From Candidatus Falkowbacteria bacterium CG10_big_fil_rev_8_21_14_0_10_37_14 (lineage in GTDB: Bacteria > Patescibacteriota > Patescibacteriia > Patescibacteriales > Patescibacteriaceae): 64,000 nt of DNA. The translations under genes and the position numbers were made by a program. The stretch lies in contig PFAM01000004.1 in the NCBI GenBank assembly GCA_002778705.1, positions 20,109-84,108 on the forward strand. The letters run 5' to 3'. Below are positions 9,735-19,657 of this stretch, piece after piece; positions within the stretch are counted from its first letter, which is position 1, and every line of letters starts with the position of its first letter. The notes beneath the pieces were generated by a model. That model was not told the DNA's origin and did not search any database. It was given only the letters and a program-made list of their open reading frames with translations.

Positions 9735-10205
9735 TTAACGATAACGATAAATAACAAAAGCGGTAAAATTAATTAATTTATAATGTTTGCCACAAGCAAA
9801 AGAACGAATAACGGATTTTTTATTAATTTTAACGTTAAAGTTTTTTTCCCAAGCCTTTATTATATCTGTTAATTCTTGGGCACCTTGTGCCGCCAAAACA
9901 ACTGAGCGGGTAAGTGAAAAAATTTTTAATCTTTGTTGTCTGCTAGGCTGCTCCTTGATCTTGTAGTTAGTTTTAAAAATTTCATACTTAATCCTAACAA
10001 CTAAATAAAGCTGATTTTTATCGGAGCAATCTTTTTGTTCACAGATTAATTGTTTTATTGCGTGATTATTAGCCTCCGACCAATTCTGCACTTCATTAGT
10101 AAATTCTGTAGCAGCAGCTGCTAAAGCTTTTGAATTATTAACCTGAAGTAATTTTAAAAATTCTTTTGTTAAAACTTTTCCTTGAATCATGCTTAATACC
10201 CCCAT
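9735..10205 (-). CDS. Hypothetical protein with an internal duplication
   Basis: 156-aa ORF; LKLL..LAA..EFTNEVQNW resembles LKIF..LAA..ELTDIIKAW. Confidence 0.55.
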   Translation of the reverse strand: MGVLSMIQGKVLTKEFLKLLQVNNSKALAAAATEFTNEVQNWSEANNHAIKQLICEQKDCSDKNQLYLVVRIKYEIFKTNYKIKEQPSRQQRLKIFSLTRSVVLAAQGAQELTDIIKAWEKNFNVKINKKSVIRSFACGKHYKLINFTAFVIYRYR

Positions 10206-10259
10206 AACAATAATAAAAAGAACTTGACTTATGCACCTTACTGAAAAAGTGCTGAAAAG

Positions 10260-10579
10260 TCAAGGTCTTGTATCAGTCCACATCATTCTGGACAAGTAGT
10301 TCTTTTTAATTAAGTACTCCACAGGTGATTGAAGTTGTAAGCTCCGATGTCGTCTTTCGGTATTATACCACATTAACCAAGTTAGCATTTTTTCGTTAAA
10401 TACCTCCCCGTCTTTAAGCCAAATCTCATTTTGATCAACGAATTCATCTTGAATGGTTCTGTTAAATTTTTCAATGTGACTATTCTGAAAATATTTGGTT
10501 CTGATACGATAAAGCTTTTTATCTTTAACAATTCGTCTAATTGTGGTAACTGAGATCTTTTTAAACTTATTTAGGATTT
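10260..10579 (-). mobile_element. Internally deleted IS481-like integrase-core transposase remnant with TGT terminus at 10269
   Basis: Minus frame: KISVTTIRRIVKDKKL...QNSHIEKFNRTIQDEF...WYNTERRHRSLQLQSP...SRMMWTDT; no start codon, first two catalytic Asp segments missing. Confidence 0.8.
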
Positions 10580-10915
10580 TTATAATCCTTTTGCATTCTG
10601 CGCGGCATAATTAAACTCTAAAAAATATTTACGCCACTGATGGTCACTAGATTGATAAATGTTATCACCAAAACTATCAACTAAAACTTCTCTGGTACGT
10701 GCAATTTCTTTTAATCGCTGATTATTTTTTTTATCAGCCATGGTTAAATCAAATAATTCTAAAACACGCTCAAAAGCCATTTGAGAATATTCTTGATTAT
10801 TTTTAACCCTCCAATTAAGCGCCCTAATCACTTCACTACCGATATTAGCCAGTTGTTCCATTAAAGACAGCTTGAACCAGGCTCCAGCAGCCAATGTTTT
10901 ATGTTGACTAGTCAT
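10580..10915 (-). CDS. Conserved helical hypothetical protein, partner of DUF5674
   Basis: WFKLSLMEQLANIGSEVIRA; 8-nt overlap with the upstream gene. Confidence 0.75.
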   Translation of the reverse strand: MTSQHKTLAAGAWFKLSLMEQLANIGSEVIRALNWRVKNNQEYSQMAFERVLELFDLTMADKKNNQRLKEIARTREVLVDSFGDNIYQSSDHQWRKYFLEFNYAAQNAKGL

Positions 10916-11252
10916 CTTTAACCAAATTATTAACTATTTTTTTTATTTTCGCTTGAATTTCTAAATCATCGACACTGCGACTACGATTATTGTGCGATGG
11001 GCGTAAATTAATCATTGAATCAAATTCAATAAAATCATCTCCAGAGAGCTCTGGATACAAATTAATCCCCCAGATATCAGCTTGTTTGGAGCCGTGTCCC
11101 AATAACTCCGCTTCTTCATCGGAATGCAATTCAGCGTCCACGGCCATAATTTCTTTATCAATATCAACCACCGCTTTGACTAAATTACCAAACATTTTAA
11201 CCGACATTTCTCTTAGCTCCAGGCGGGTTATTTTATCTTTAATTATTTTCAT
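10908..11252 (-). CDS. DUF5674-like protein
   Basis: VKAVVDI, ELHSDEE, GSKQADIWGINLYP, IEFDSMINLRP motifs. Confidence 0.75.
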   Translation of the reverse strand: MKIIKDKITRLELREMSVKMFGNLVKAVVDIDKEIMAVDAELHSDEEAELLGHGSKQADIWGINLYPELSGDDFIEFDSMINLRPSHNNRSRSVDDLEIQAKIKKIVNNLVKDD

Positions 11253-11281
11253 AATGCCTAGATACTACCAATAATCTTGAT

Positions 11282-13036
11282 TTATGTCAAACTACGTTTG
11301 GCGATTTTATCTTGAAGCTCGGTTATAAAATCATCATAACTAATACTACGAGTATCTCGACTACCCCGATCTCTCACTTGTAAATCGCTACTAGCTAATT
11401 CCTTGTCACCAATGACCAGCATGTGTGATACTTTTTCATTAACCGCCTTGCGGATCTTGTTACCGACCGTTTCATTACTGGTGTCCACTTCCACTCTAAT
11501 ATCAGCCCGCTTGAAACGATTAGCTAATTCTTGGCAATAAGCAATGTGTGTTTCAGACACCGCCACTAGCTTCACTTGCACCGGAGTTAACCACAACGGG
11601 AAATTGCCACCAAAGTGTTCAATAATAATTCCCATAAAGCGCTCCAAAGAGCCAGAAATAGCACGATGAATAACCACTGGCCGTTCCTTCTCACCTTTGG
11701 CATTGACAAACGACAAATCAAAACGCTCCGGCAAATTAAAGTCGCACTGAATAGTCGCCAATTGCCATTCTCGTCCGATAGAATCCTTAAACATAAAGTC
11801 TAGCTTCGGGCCATAAAAAGCGGCTTCCCCTGGACCTAGGCGATACGGTAAGTCATTTTCTTTAGCACTTTTTTCTAAAGCATTTTCGGCCAAGGACCAA
11901 ACTTCATCAGAGCCTAAGTATTTACTGTGATCGTCACCACGAGTAGACAGCCGGACCCAATAATTTTCGAGCATCCCCATGGTGGTATAAAACTCACGAA
12001 TGACACCGACCACAATCGATACCTCGGTTTCAATCTGATCTACCCGACAAAATAAATGACCATCGTCTTGAGTAATGGCGCGCACACGAGTTAAGCCAGC
12101 TAACTGACCGGTTTTTTCATCGCGATAAATAGTTGCCGGTTCAAAATAACGAATAGGCAGATCGCGATAACTCCATTGGTTATCGGCAAAAATCTGCATG
12201 TGGTGCGGGCAATTCATTGGTTTTAAGAAAAAACTTTCTTCTTTGCCTTGCACCTTAAATAATTCATCACCGAACTTAGCGGCGTGGCCAGAAGTTTCAT
12301 AAAGGGCTGGCTTAGCCAAATGCGGAGTCCAAACCCGATCATATCCCTTATCTTTATGCAGTTCCCAAAGATAATCAGCAATCGCCTGACGAATAATCAT
12401 ACCTTTAGGCTGCATCATAGGCAAACCCGAACCGACCAATTCAGAAACAGTAAATAGTTTTAACTCCTTGCCAAGCTTACGATGATCGCGTTTTTCGGCT
12501 TCGACCATCATGTTTAAATAAGCGTCTAGATCGGTTTTATTATCAAAAGCGGCAACATAAATACGAGTGAGCATTTTATTTTTCTCGTTGCCTCGCCAAT
12601 AAGCACCAGCCAGCTTAGTTAAACAAAAACTGTCACCGGCAATTTCTGAAAGATTCTCCACATGAGGGCCTTTACATAAATCTTCAAAAACTCCGATTTT
12701 ATAATAACTAACTTCAGTTTCTCCGGCGGTTTGTAAATCACGAATCAATTCGGCTTTATAAATAGATCCGCCTACTTCTTCTTTAGCAAGAGCTTCAGCG
12801 ATTGGCAGAACCCAAGAGGTAACCGCTCCCCCGCGAGTCAAAATACCACGCATCTTTTTTTCAATCTTTGGTAAATCACTTTCTTTTAAAGTAAGGTTAT
12901 CAAAATCATAATAACAACCAGTATCGATGACAGGGCCGATAGCCAACTGAGCTTCTGGATATAATTCTAAGACAGCTGTCGCTAAAACATGTGCCAAACT
13001 GTGTCTTTTGTTGTGTAGTAAATCTTGTTTTTCCAT
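11282..13036 (-). CDS. thrS: Threonine--tRNA ligase
   Basis: RHSLAHVLA, DLCKGPHV, RDHRKLG, KPMNCPHH, AAFYGPKLD, HRAISGSLERF; start set at MEKQ, since the longer ORF runs into the T-box. Confidence 0.97.
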   Translation of the reverse strand: MEKQDLLHNKRHSLAHVLATAVLELYPEAQLAIGPVIDTGCYYDFDNLTLKESDLPKIEKKMRGILTRGGAVTSWVLPIAEALAKEEVGGSIYKAELIRDLQTAGETEVSYYKIGVFEDLCKGPHVENLSEIAGDSFCLTKLAGAYWRGNEKNKMLTRIYVAAFDNKTDLDAYLNMMVEAEKRDHRKLGKELKLFTVSELVGSGLPMMQPKGMIIRQAIADYLWELHKDKGYDRVWTPHLAKPALYETSGHAAKFGDELFKVQGKEESFFLKPMNCPHHMQIFADNQWSYRDLPIRYFEPATIYRDEKTGQLAGLTRVRAITQDDGHLFCRVDQIETEVSIVVGVIREFYTTMGMLENYWVRLSTRGDDHSKYLGSDEVWSLAENALEKSAKENDLPYRLGPGEAAFYGPKLDFMFKDSIGREWQLATIQCDFNLPERFDLSFVNAKGEKERPVVIHRAISGSLERFMGIIIEHFGGNFPLWLTPVQVKLVAVSETHIAYCQELANRFKRADIRVEVDTSNETVGNKIRKAVNEKVSHMLVIGDKELASSDLQVRDRGSRDTRSISYDDFITELQDKIAKRSLT

Positions 13037-13052
13037 ATATTTTAAATTAAAT

Positions 13053-13242
13053 AAAAAAACTCGTCTCAAGAAAGCGTAAAAACACTTTACTGGGACGAGT
13101 TTTCTCGCGGTTCCACCCAGCTTCCCCAAAATTAAAACTCAGGGCGCTCTTTGGACAGCTTAGTCTTATAAGATAAGAATCACTGATGTTTAAATCAGTT
13201 GAACGCGGTTGGTGGGCGCGTCAATCACTGTTAATAAGTTGT
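13053..13242 (-). ncRNA. T-box riboswitch leader of thrS (antiterminator plus terminator, very short Stem I)
   Basis: Antiterminator CTGGG-TGGAACC-GCGAG-AAAA-CTCGT-CCCAG; alternative terminator AAAACTCGTC...GACGAGTTTTTTT; Thr codon ACC in the loop of TTGACGCG-CCCACCAAC-CGCGTTCAA. Confidence 0.85.
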
Positions 13243-13248
13243 GTACAA

Positions 13249-13277
13249 ATGATAATAAAACCAGCAGGAATTGTCAA
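13249..13277 (-). promoter_or_regulatory. Promoter TTGACA-N17-TATCAT for T-box/thrS
   Basis: Near-consensus sigma70 motif. Confidence 0.75.
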
Positions 13278-13283
13278 TATCGG

Positions 13284-15428
13284 TTAAAAAGTTCCGACCG
13301 GGATAGCGTTTAGGTTTTTATTGGTAATCCCTAGTCCGAGCTCTCGCATAACCGCTAAGGCGGTGGCTGGCCGACCTAAGAAATAACGTTTGTTATTTAC
13401 AGGGAAAACATACCAAGCCTCGCCATGACCATCTACTTGTAATAAAATCCTGCCGGCTTGCGCAATAGAAAATTTAGTGTTTAATCCCCAAGAACCATTG
13501 CCGATTGGGCTATATCCTCCACTTACTTCAGAATAATCATCATAACCATCAGTGTCAGAATCGGCTAAATTAGGATTAGTATCCAAGGCCTTTTCTAAAG
13601 CGTCTGGCAAACCATCGTTGTCACTATCAGCAGAAATATCGCCAGCTAAGCCGACAGCGACGGCAATTTTATTTAAATCACTACGACGAGCGCCAATAGA
13701 TAAACGACGCATAGCTATTAAAGCTTGGTCTGGGGTGCCTAAATAATAACGCTTATTATCAGCCGGATTAACATACCAAGCCTCACCATGTGCCTCTACT
13801 TGTAACAAGATACGACCTCGCAAACCAGCTGGAGGATCTATTTGGTAAGGAGCGAGCGCTGTAGCCTGTTGAATATACTCTAGTTGTGTTTTTTCACCAG
13901 GCACTGGATCAATCTCCATAGATAATTCTTGTTTTTTGTTACCAGTCATGACGGCGTAATACGACACTTTTTCATTTTGTGAATCTACCGGTGATAAATA
14001 CAATGTTAATAAACCACTGGTCGGTATTTTGAGACTAGCCATCAAACGACTACGATCAATAACCGAGTTACCATCAACATTAACTTGCTTAGCATATAAT
14101 TTAACTGTCTCACCTACTGCTAATTTTTTATCTGGACGACGGATTATTAACTCCACTGAAGATAGATTTTTAGATACAAAATTTATAGCCGTGCAAGGAA
14201 AGGTTATATCATAAAACCAATGACAAGCATATTTAACTTTACTATCACAAACTTCTAGAGCATATTTTTTAGCCGGAGAAGGACTAAAAGAGTTTTTGGC
14301 ATAACCATAAGCGTCAACTGTTCCATTTAAAATTTTAGCGTCGGCCATAGGCAGGCCCTCATAGCTTAACTTCTGCTCATACAAAGTATAACTAAAACCA
14401 CCAACTATCTTAGACTCCGCATCATTAAAATTAAAACGCACCTCGGTTTTTAAACTACATTTAGTCTGGCTATACCTGTCTAATATAAAATTAAAAGTTG
14501 AACGCTTTTCTTTTTCTATAACTAAGTTTTTATAATTTTCTGTGCGACCGTCGGGATATTTAACTTGCGCTAAATAATTACCAGCTGAATATTGCCAATA
14601 AGCCTTACCGTCATCATTAGTAATAATAGAACCCAAAGATTTACCGTTAGTTAGACCACTGAGAGAGTCTATTTTTTGTTCGTATAAATCTAGTTTAACT
14701 TTAGGTAATGGCAAACTTGTGTCAGCGTCACGAATTGTAAAAATGGCGTCGCTTAATTTATAATTAATTTCTTTCCATTGACCATCAGTGGTTTGTAAAG
14801 AATAGTTCCAAAAAGAAACACCCTTGCTATTTTTAGCTTCCATTAATAGAAAAGGTGGTGAATCCGAAGCAGTATGGTTAGCCGATGGACTATAAATTAT
14901 AGCCACTCCAGAGTTGCCAGTACTGGCACTGCCTAAAACAGTTCCACCTATAGCCTCCCCATAACCATTACTCACCTGAGAATAAAAAGTAATTTTAGCG
15001 TTATTAATCGTTTGCAAATTAACATTATCCATAACCCTAATTCTAAATCCGCTTAAAACAATAGTTTCAGAATAAGTATCACCGCAAGTTAAAAACATTT
15101 GATTATAAAACCAAAAATCACTTTGTTTTAAGGATGGGTTGGTAATATTTAAAAGATAGGCTTTTTTAGTTTCATCAACTTTTATTTTTATAGTTGCTTT
15201 ACCTAAACTTTTATCGGTAGTCGCTGAACCAACCAAAGCACCTGGCTTTGGTTGACCATTAGCATCAAAAAGTTGTTCATAGACCTGAACCTTAATACCA
15301 GACAATAAATTACCAGTTGGATCTTTAACAACTATTTCGGCCACCGAAGAAGTGCAAGTGGCCGCTGATGCGCCATGTACTGTGAATAAAATTAGAGCGC
15401 AAATGCAAGCATAAAAAAATTTTGACAT
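13284..15428 (-). CDS. Large secreted beta-sandwich repeat protein with C-terminal GRILLQV(E/D)xHGEAWY repeats and thrombospondin type-3-like Ca-binding repeats
   Basis: Signal peptide, repeated 'V/L-YEQ...G..T...G.A' units, DSDNDGLPD and DSDTDGYDD, two GRILLQV repeats. Confidence 0.8.
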   Translation of the reverse strand: MSKFFYACICALILFTVHGASAATCTSSVAEIVVKDPTGNLLSGIKVQVYEQLFDANGQPKPGALVGSATTDKSLGKATIKIKVDETKKAYLLNITNPSLKQSDFWFYNQMFLTCGDTYSETIVLSGFRIRVMDNVNLQTINNAKITFYSQVSNGYGEAIGGTVLGSASTGNSGVAIIYSPSANHTASDSPPFLLMEAKNSKGVSFWNYSLQTTDGQWKEINYKLSDAIFTIRDADTSLPLPKVKLDLYEQKIDSLSGLTNGKSLGSIITNDDGKAYWQYSAGNYLAQVKYPDGRTENYKNLVIEKEKRSTFNFILDRYSQTKCSLKTEVRFNFNDAESKIVGGFSYTLYEQKLSYEGLPMADAKILNGTVDAYGYAKNSFSPSPAKKYALEVCDSKVKYACHWFYDITFPCTAINFVSKNLSSVELIIRRPDKKLAVGETVKLYAKQVNVDGNSVIDRSRLMASLKIPTSGLLTLYLSPVDSQNEKVSYYAVMTGNKKQELSMEIDPVPGEKTQLEYIQQATALAPYQIDPPAGLRGRILLQVEAHGEAWYVNPADNKRYYLGTPDQALIAMRRLSIGARRSDLNKIAVAVGLAGDISADSDNDGLPDALEKALDTNPNLADSDTDGYDDYSEVSGGYSPIGNGSWGLNTKFSIAQAGRILLQVDGHGEAWYVFPVNNKRYFLGRPATALAVMRELGLGITNKNLNAIPVGTF

Positions 15429-15552
15429 AGTGTTATTCAATTTTACCCCCGCGAAGATTTATCTCAGCGAAAGTCGAGACTAGCGTTTAGAGTCTCCCAA
15501 AGAAGTAAGACCACATAATATATTATAGCTCAAATTAAATAATTCGGCAAAC

Positions 15553-15603
15553 AAAAAAGCCGCTCCTTACCAAACTAACTAGCAGAAGGAAACGGCTTCT
15601 TTT
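15553..15603 (-). terminator. Probable terminator after the pilin cluster
   Basis: Imperfect stem AAGCCG.TCCTT...AAGGA.CGGCTT with A/T tails. Confidence 0.55.
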
Positions 15604-15611
15604 AAAGAGGT

Positions 15612-16076
15612 TTATCTAGTAACAGAAATCACTTCACCTAATTCGGCGTCAGGAGCATTGACAGTAATGCGTCCATTGGCAGACTTCTTAATCATATAGC
15701 CAACACCATTGGTAGCGCACGCAGTAGGACAAGAAGGGTCTAGTGGTACAGAGGTGAAATAAGTTTCATTAGTAGTTAAAGCGGTTAACTCGGCTAATGA
15801 ACCTGTAGAACAGGTAGTAGTAGCAACGCCGGTTACACAAACCTCAAGCGCAGTATTTGTAATAGAAGTTGGTAAAGTGCCATTGTTGTCAATCGCATAT
15901 TGATGAACAGCGTTTAAAATAGTGTTAACATTGCTCCAACGTTGAGTATTTCTAGCTTGTGCCAATTGTTTGGCTGGGTTAATGGCAATAATTACGATGG
16001 AAGCTAAAATGGCAATAATGCCGATAACCAGCAAAACTTCCACCAAAGTAAAGCCGATATTTTGTTTGTGGCTCAT
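15612..16076 (-). CDS. Type IV pilin (tandem copy 3)
   Basis: [31 protein letters not shown]. Confidence 0.92.
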   Translation of the reverse strand: MSHKQNIGFTLVEVLLVIGIIAILASIVIIAINPAKQLAQARNTQRWSNVNTILNAVHQYAIDNNGTLPTSITNTALEVCVTGVATTTCSTGSLAELTALTTNETYFTSVPLDPSCPTACATNGVGYMIKKSANGRITVNAPDAELGEVISVTR

Positions 16077-16193
16077 AATTTAATCTTAGTTGGTTATAAT
16101 TTTTATTAAGTATAGTCTCCAACCTCTTTAAACCATACTCTATTTTTTTAATTTTACAATATTTTTTAAAAACTAGCAAAGTTGTTAAAAGTA

Positions 16194-16658
16194 TTAACGA
16201 GTAACACTAATCGTCTCTCCTAATTCAGCACCTGGTGCAGCTACAACAATGCGACCATTGGCAGATTTCTTAACGGTATAACCAAGACCACTGGCATTAC
16301 AACCAGTTGGACAAGTTGGATCACCAGGGATGGCTGTAAAATAAATTTCATTATCTGTTAAAACTCTTAAGTCGGCTAAAGAAGCACCAGAACAAGTGCT
16401 GGTAATAGCACCGTTAGCACAAATCTCTTTGGTGGTGGTCGCAACGCCGACTGGCATAGCACCTTTATTATCAATAGCGTATTGGTGAATGGCATTCAAA
16501 ATAGTATTCACATTACTCCAGCGTTGAGTATTTCTGGCTTGTGCTAACTGTTTAGCGGGGTTAATGGCGATAATTACAATAGAGGCTAAGATAGCGATGA
16601 TAGCTATAACCAATAAAACCTCGACTAAAGTAAAACCTGTGTGTTGTTTTTTGTTCAT
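16194..16658 (-). CDS. Type IV pilin (tandem copy 2)
   Basis: [21 protein letters not shown]. Confidence 0.92.
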   Translation of the reverse strand: MNKKQHTGFTLVEVLLVIAIIAILASIVIIAINPAKQLAQARNTQRWSNVNTILNAIHQYAIDNKGAMPVGVATTTKEICANGAITSTCSGASLADLRVLTDNEIYFTAIPGDPTCPTGCNASGLGYTVKKSANGRIVVAAPGAELGETISVTR

Positions 16659-16676
16659 ATTGAAGATTATTTATTA

Positions 16677-17168
16677 CTAACGGGTAACGCTAATTGCTTC
16701 TCCTAATTCAGCATCAGGAGCCGAGACAACAATACGACCGTTATTTGTTTTTTTAACAGTATAACCAACTCCATTGGTATTGCAGACAGCCGGGCAACTA
16801 GGATCAATAGGAATCGCAGTAAAATATGTTTCATTATCAGTTAAAACACGGATATCAGCTAAAACCGAGGATGCACAAGTAGTAGTAGCTACACCATTGT
16901 TACAAATTTCTTGGTTGACCAGAGTCACACCACTCGGCAAAGTGCCCTTATTATCAATGGCATATTGATGGATAGCATTAAGAATCGTATTAACATTACT
17001 CCAACGCTGAGTATTTCTAGATTGGGCTAATTGTTTTGCTGGATTAATAGCAATAATTACCACTGAGGCTAAGATGGCTATGATACCTATCACCAAAAGA
17101 ACCTCGACTAAAGTAAAGCCTTGCTTTATCAAAAAGACTTGAGACGAGTCTTTGATTTTTTTGTTCAT
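16677..17168 (-). CDS. Type IV pilin (tandem copy 1)
   Basis: [21 protein letters not shown]. Confidence 0.92.
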   Translation of the reverse strand: MNKKIKDSSQVFLIKQGFTLVEVLLVIGIIAILASVVIIAINPAKQLAQSRNTQRWSNVNTILNAIHQYAIDNKGTLPSGVTLVNQEICNNGVATTTCASSVLADIRVLTDNETYFTAIPIDPSCPAVCNTNGVGYTVKKTNNGRIVVSAPDAELGEAISVTR

Positions 17169-17302
17169 AATGTTAATTAATGATTATTTTGATTACCAAG
17201 AACAAGGTAAAATATTTAATAAGTTTATTATAGCATTTTTTAAAAAACTTACCAAGCCCCTGCTTTGCCCGCATAGTACCCATAATCAACATTATCACTT
17301 CG

Positions 17303-18364
17303 TCAATAAAACATTGTAAATACCAGCCAAAAAAAGTAAGATGTTACAATACTTATCACTAAAACAGTTACCCACCAATACCGCCCAGCCAAATTAACAA
17401 AGGATTTCCACTTGGTTAAAAAACTGAAAAAATCAGTGTTATCAACAACCAGATTAAGATAGGGGGCCTGACAGGATTTTGTCAACATGATTAAACCGAT
17501 GTTAACAGCATGTGGTAAAACATGGCGATCATCAAAAACTACTGTATTAAATTTATTAACAGGATGACCAAGCTGGACTTTTTTAGATAAGATTCCACTA
17601 ACCATATCAGCTAAACCGTTTAACAGACTACCGCTACCAGATAAATAGCAGTCAAAAACTTGGCAACTATATTTCTTTTCATAATAATTTAAGGTCTGTT
17701 TAATTTCTGATAAAGTGCCTGGTAAACGCTGTTCATTAAATGGTAAAGCGGCTGATAACCGTAACCAGCCATTGTTATCAGCAAAAACAAGATTAATACT
17801 ACGACGATTAAAATCTAAAATTAAACTATGATCTTCTCCAGTCCCTGGTAACAAAGACCTAAGTAAAGACAGTTCTTCAATATCAGCTAAAACTAATTTT
17901 AAATTAGCCAAAGCTAGCGTTTGCCGATAGTCATCAATAATTCGGCGTGGCGTAGCCGCAAAAATAACCATAGACCGATCAGTCTGTTTAGTTATAATAT
18001 AATCCCAATAAAGCTCTTTTAATGGTAACGGCAAAATTTGGTGTAACTTGTTTAAAATAACAGCTTCTAACTTAGCTCTAGAGGCAACTGTTTCCAAAGC
18101 AAAACTATAAACATAAGTTTGAGATGAGGTTAGACTTATGGCCACATGACGACTGCCTATAAACTCTGGTAAACGCAAATCTTTAACGGCTATTTTTATT
18201 TTTTCGGCTAAGACATTGGCTTGCGTAACTGTATTATTAATAACCACTCCAGGCTCTAATAAAACCCGAGAGGCTACGATACGTTCTTCCGAAAACCAAG
18301 ATAAACATTCTACAGCCTGATCACTGATTGCGATGGCTATGAAATTATTGATAGAAAAAGGCAT
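17303..18364 (-). CDS. PilM-like actin-fold pilus assembly protein with a C-terminal TM segment
   Basis: LPLPLKELYWDY, LILDF, YLSGSGSLLNGL; adjacent to pilins. Confidence 0.75.
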   Translation of the reverse strand: MPFSINNFIAIAISDQAVECLSWFSEERIVASRVLLEPGVVINNTVTQANVLAEKIKIAVKDLRLPEFIGSRHVAISLTSSQTYVYSFALETVASRAKLEAVILNKLHQILPLPLKELYWDYIITKQTDRSMVIFAATPRRIIDDYRQTLALANLKLVLADIEELSLLRSLLPGTGEDHSLILDFNRRSINLVFADNNGWLRLSAALPFNEQRLPGTLSEIKQTLNYYEKKYSCQVFDCYLSGSGSLLNGLADMVSGILSKKVQLGHPVNKFNTVVFDDRHVLPHAVNIGLIMLTKSCQAPYLNLVVDNTDFFSFLTKWKSFVNLAGRYWWVTVLVISIVTSYFFWLVFTMFY

Positions 18365-18455
18365 GATATTTTTTACCCCAGCCAAGTCTGAGGTTACAAA
18401 AAATAAAATTTGAATAGTTGATTTTAGTTTACCATAATTAACACAAAAACAAAAA

Positions 18456-18478
18456 TCAGGCACATAATTAGTGCCTGA
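18456..18478 (-). terminator. Hairpin, probable terminator
   Basis: TCAGGCAC-N7-GTGCCTGA followed by T-rich sequence on the minus strand. Confidence 0.55.
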
Positions 18479-18585
18479 AATTTGTCTAATACTTTTTATA
18501 AAAATGTAACACTATAAAATTCAGCAGATAAGAAAAAAGATTATTTACCTGTGAGACCTGCTAGAGCACTGAAGACAAATAAATG

Positions 18586-19116
18586 TTACTCTAAACAACA
18601 ATTTATAGCCTTCTTTACTAGGCCACCTAACTTACCCATGAAACCAGATTTCACTTCATCTTTATTATCAATAGCATTATCGTCAATCTTTTTAACATCG
18701 CCAGTAGCAATTAATTTCATATTCAGCCCCCAAAATAAAGAATATAAATTATAAGCCTTATCAAATAAATCATAGGCCTGCTCTTTACCACCACGCCCCA
18801 ATTCTTTAGTACCAACCTCCATTAAACGATAGCTGGCAGCTAATAAATGCTTAGAAATACACCAAACCTCTCCCTCATACTCCTTAATGATTCTACCTAA
18901 TAAATCCTTGCGCATCTCACGAACTTCTAAAATTAAATCATAATAATCCGTCTTGCCGGTTTTAGCACCAGTAAAGAAAAAGTGCTCCTCAATAGAAACC
19001 AAATTCATAATAGCGATAGTCAGATCTTGGTCAGCCGATAAATCCAAAGGATTTTGTTTTTTTAGCTGATCATACTTTTCAACTAATTCTTGCCAATCTT
19101 TGTTTTCTTGTTCCAT
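18586..19116 (-). CDS. Conserved helical hypothetical protein ending in CCLE
   Basis: IAIMNLVSIEEH, EVWCISKHLLAAS.RL.EVG. Confidence 0.75.
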   Translation of the reverse strand: MEQENKDWQELVEKYDQLKKQNPLDLSADQDLTIAIMNLVSIEEHFFFTGAKTGKTDYYDLILEVREMRKDLLGRIIKEYEGEVWCISKHLLAASYRLMEVGTKELGRGGKEQAYDLFDKAYNLYSLFWGLNMKLIATGDVKKIDDNAIDNKDEVKSGFMGKLGGLVKKAINCCLE

Positions 19117-19141
19117 AAAATTAAGCCATAATTTCGGGCTA

Positions 19142-19657
19142 TTAATTATTAGTCAAAAAATAAAAAACCAAACTAAGCAGCACGAGAGAACTAACGGGCA
19201 TCGCCACCTTCTGAAAAGGAAATAGAGCTTTACCATAATGCTTTTTATAAGCATCGTAAGCCGAAGCGGCTAACCAAAAAACTAGACTACCACAAATAAC
19301 TCCTAAAAGCAATTTATCAATTCCTAAAGATTCAAAGGCAACCAACGGATGACCAAACAAGCCCATAAATGGTAAAGGCAAAACCACCAAAGCATAATAA
19401 ATCGCCGTAGTCGCTTCTTTATACCAAGGGAATTGCCATTTTTTTCCATCGAGCCAGTTAATGGTCCACATCGACATTGAGGCGGTTAAAGCACCGACCC
19501 AAATACCAATCACAGCATCATCAACACCAAGATAACGAGATAAACCAACGCCAGCGCCAACAGCTAAAGTGCATATCGGGCAAACAGCTGCAGCAGATTT
19601 AGCAAAAAATAACGACAAGGCTGTTATTAAAAATGTTCCTAAATATTTATTGTGCAT
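19142..19657 (-). CDS. Membrane protein with a CPxC motif
   Basis: AVCPICTLAVGAGVGLSRYLGVDD, LFPFQKV; about 5 TM segments. Confidence 0.75.
   Translation of the reverse strand: MHNKYLGTFLITALSLFFAKSAAAVCPICTLAVGAGVGLSRYLGVDDAVIGIWVGALTASMSMWTINWLDGKKWQFPWYKEATTAIYYALVVLPLPFMGLFGHPLVAFESLGIDKLLLGVICGSLVFWLAASAYDAYKKHYGKALFPFQKVAMPVSSLVLLSLVFYFLTNN

Noticed and set aside
13037..13129. N-terminal extension of ThrRS from the ORF track
   Set aside because: It overlaps the T-box antiterminator and terminator; ATG at 13036 is the better start.
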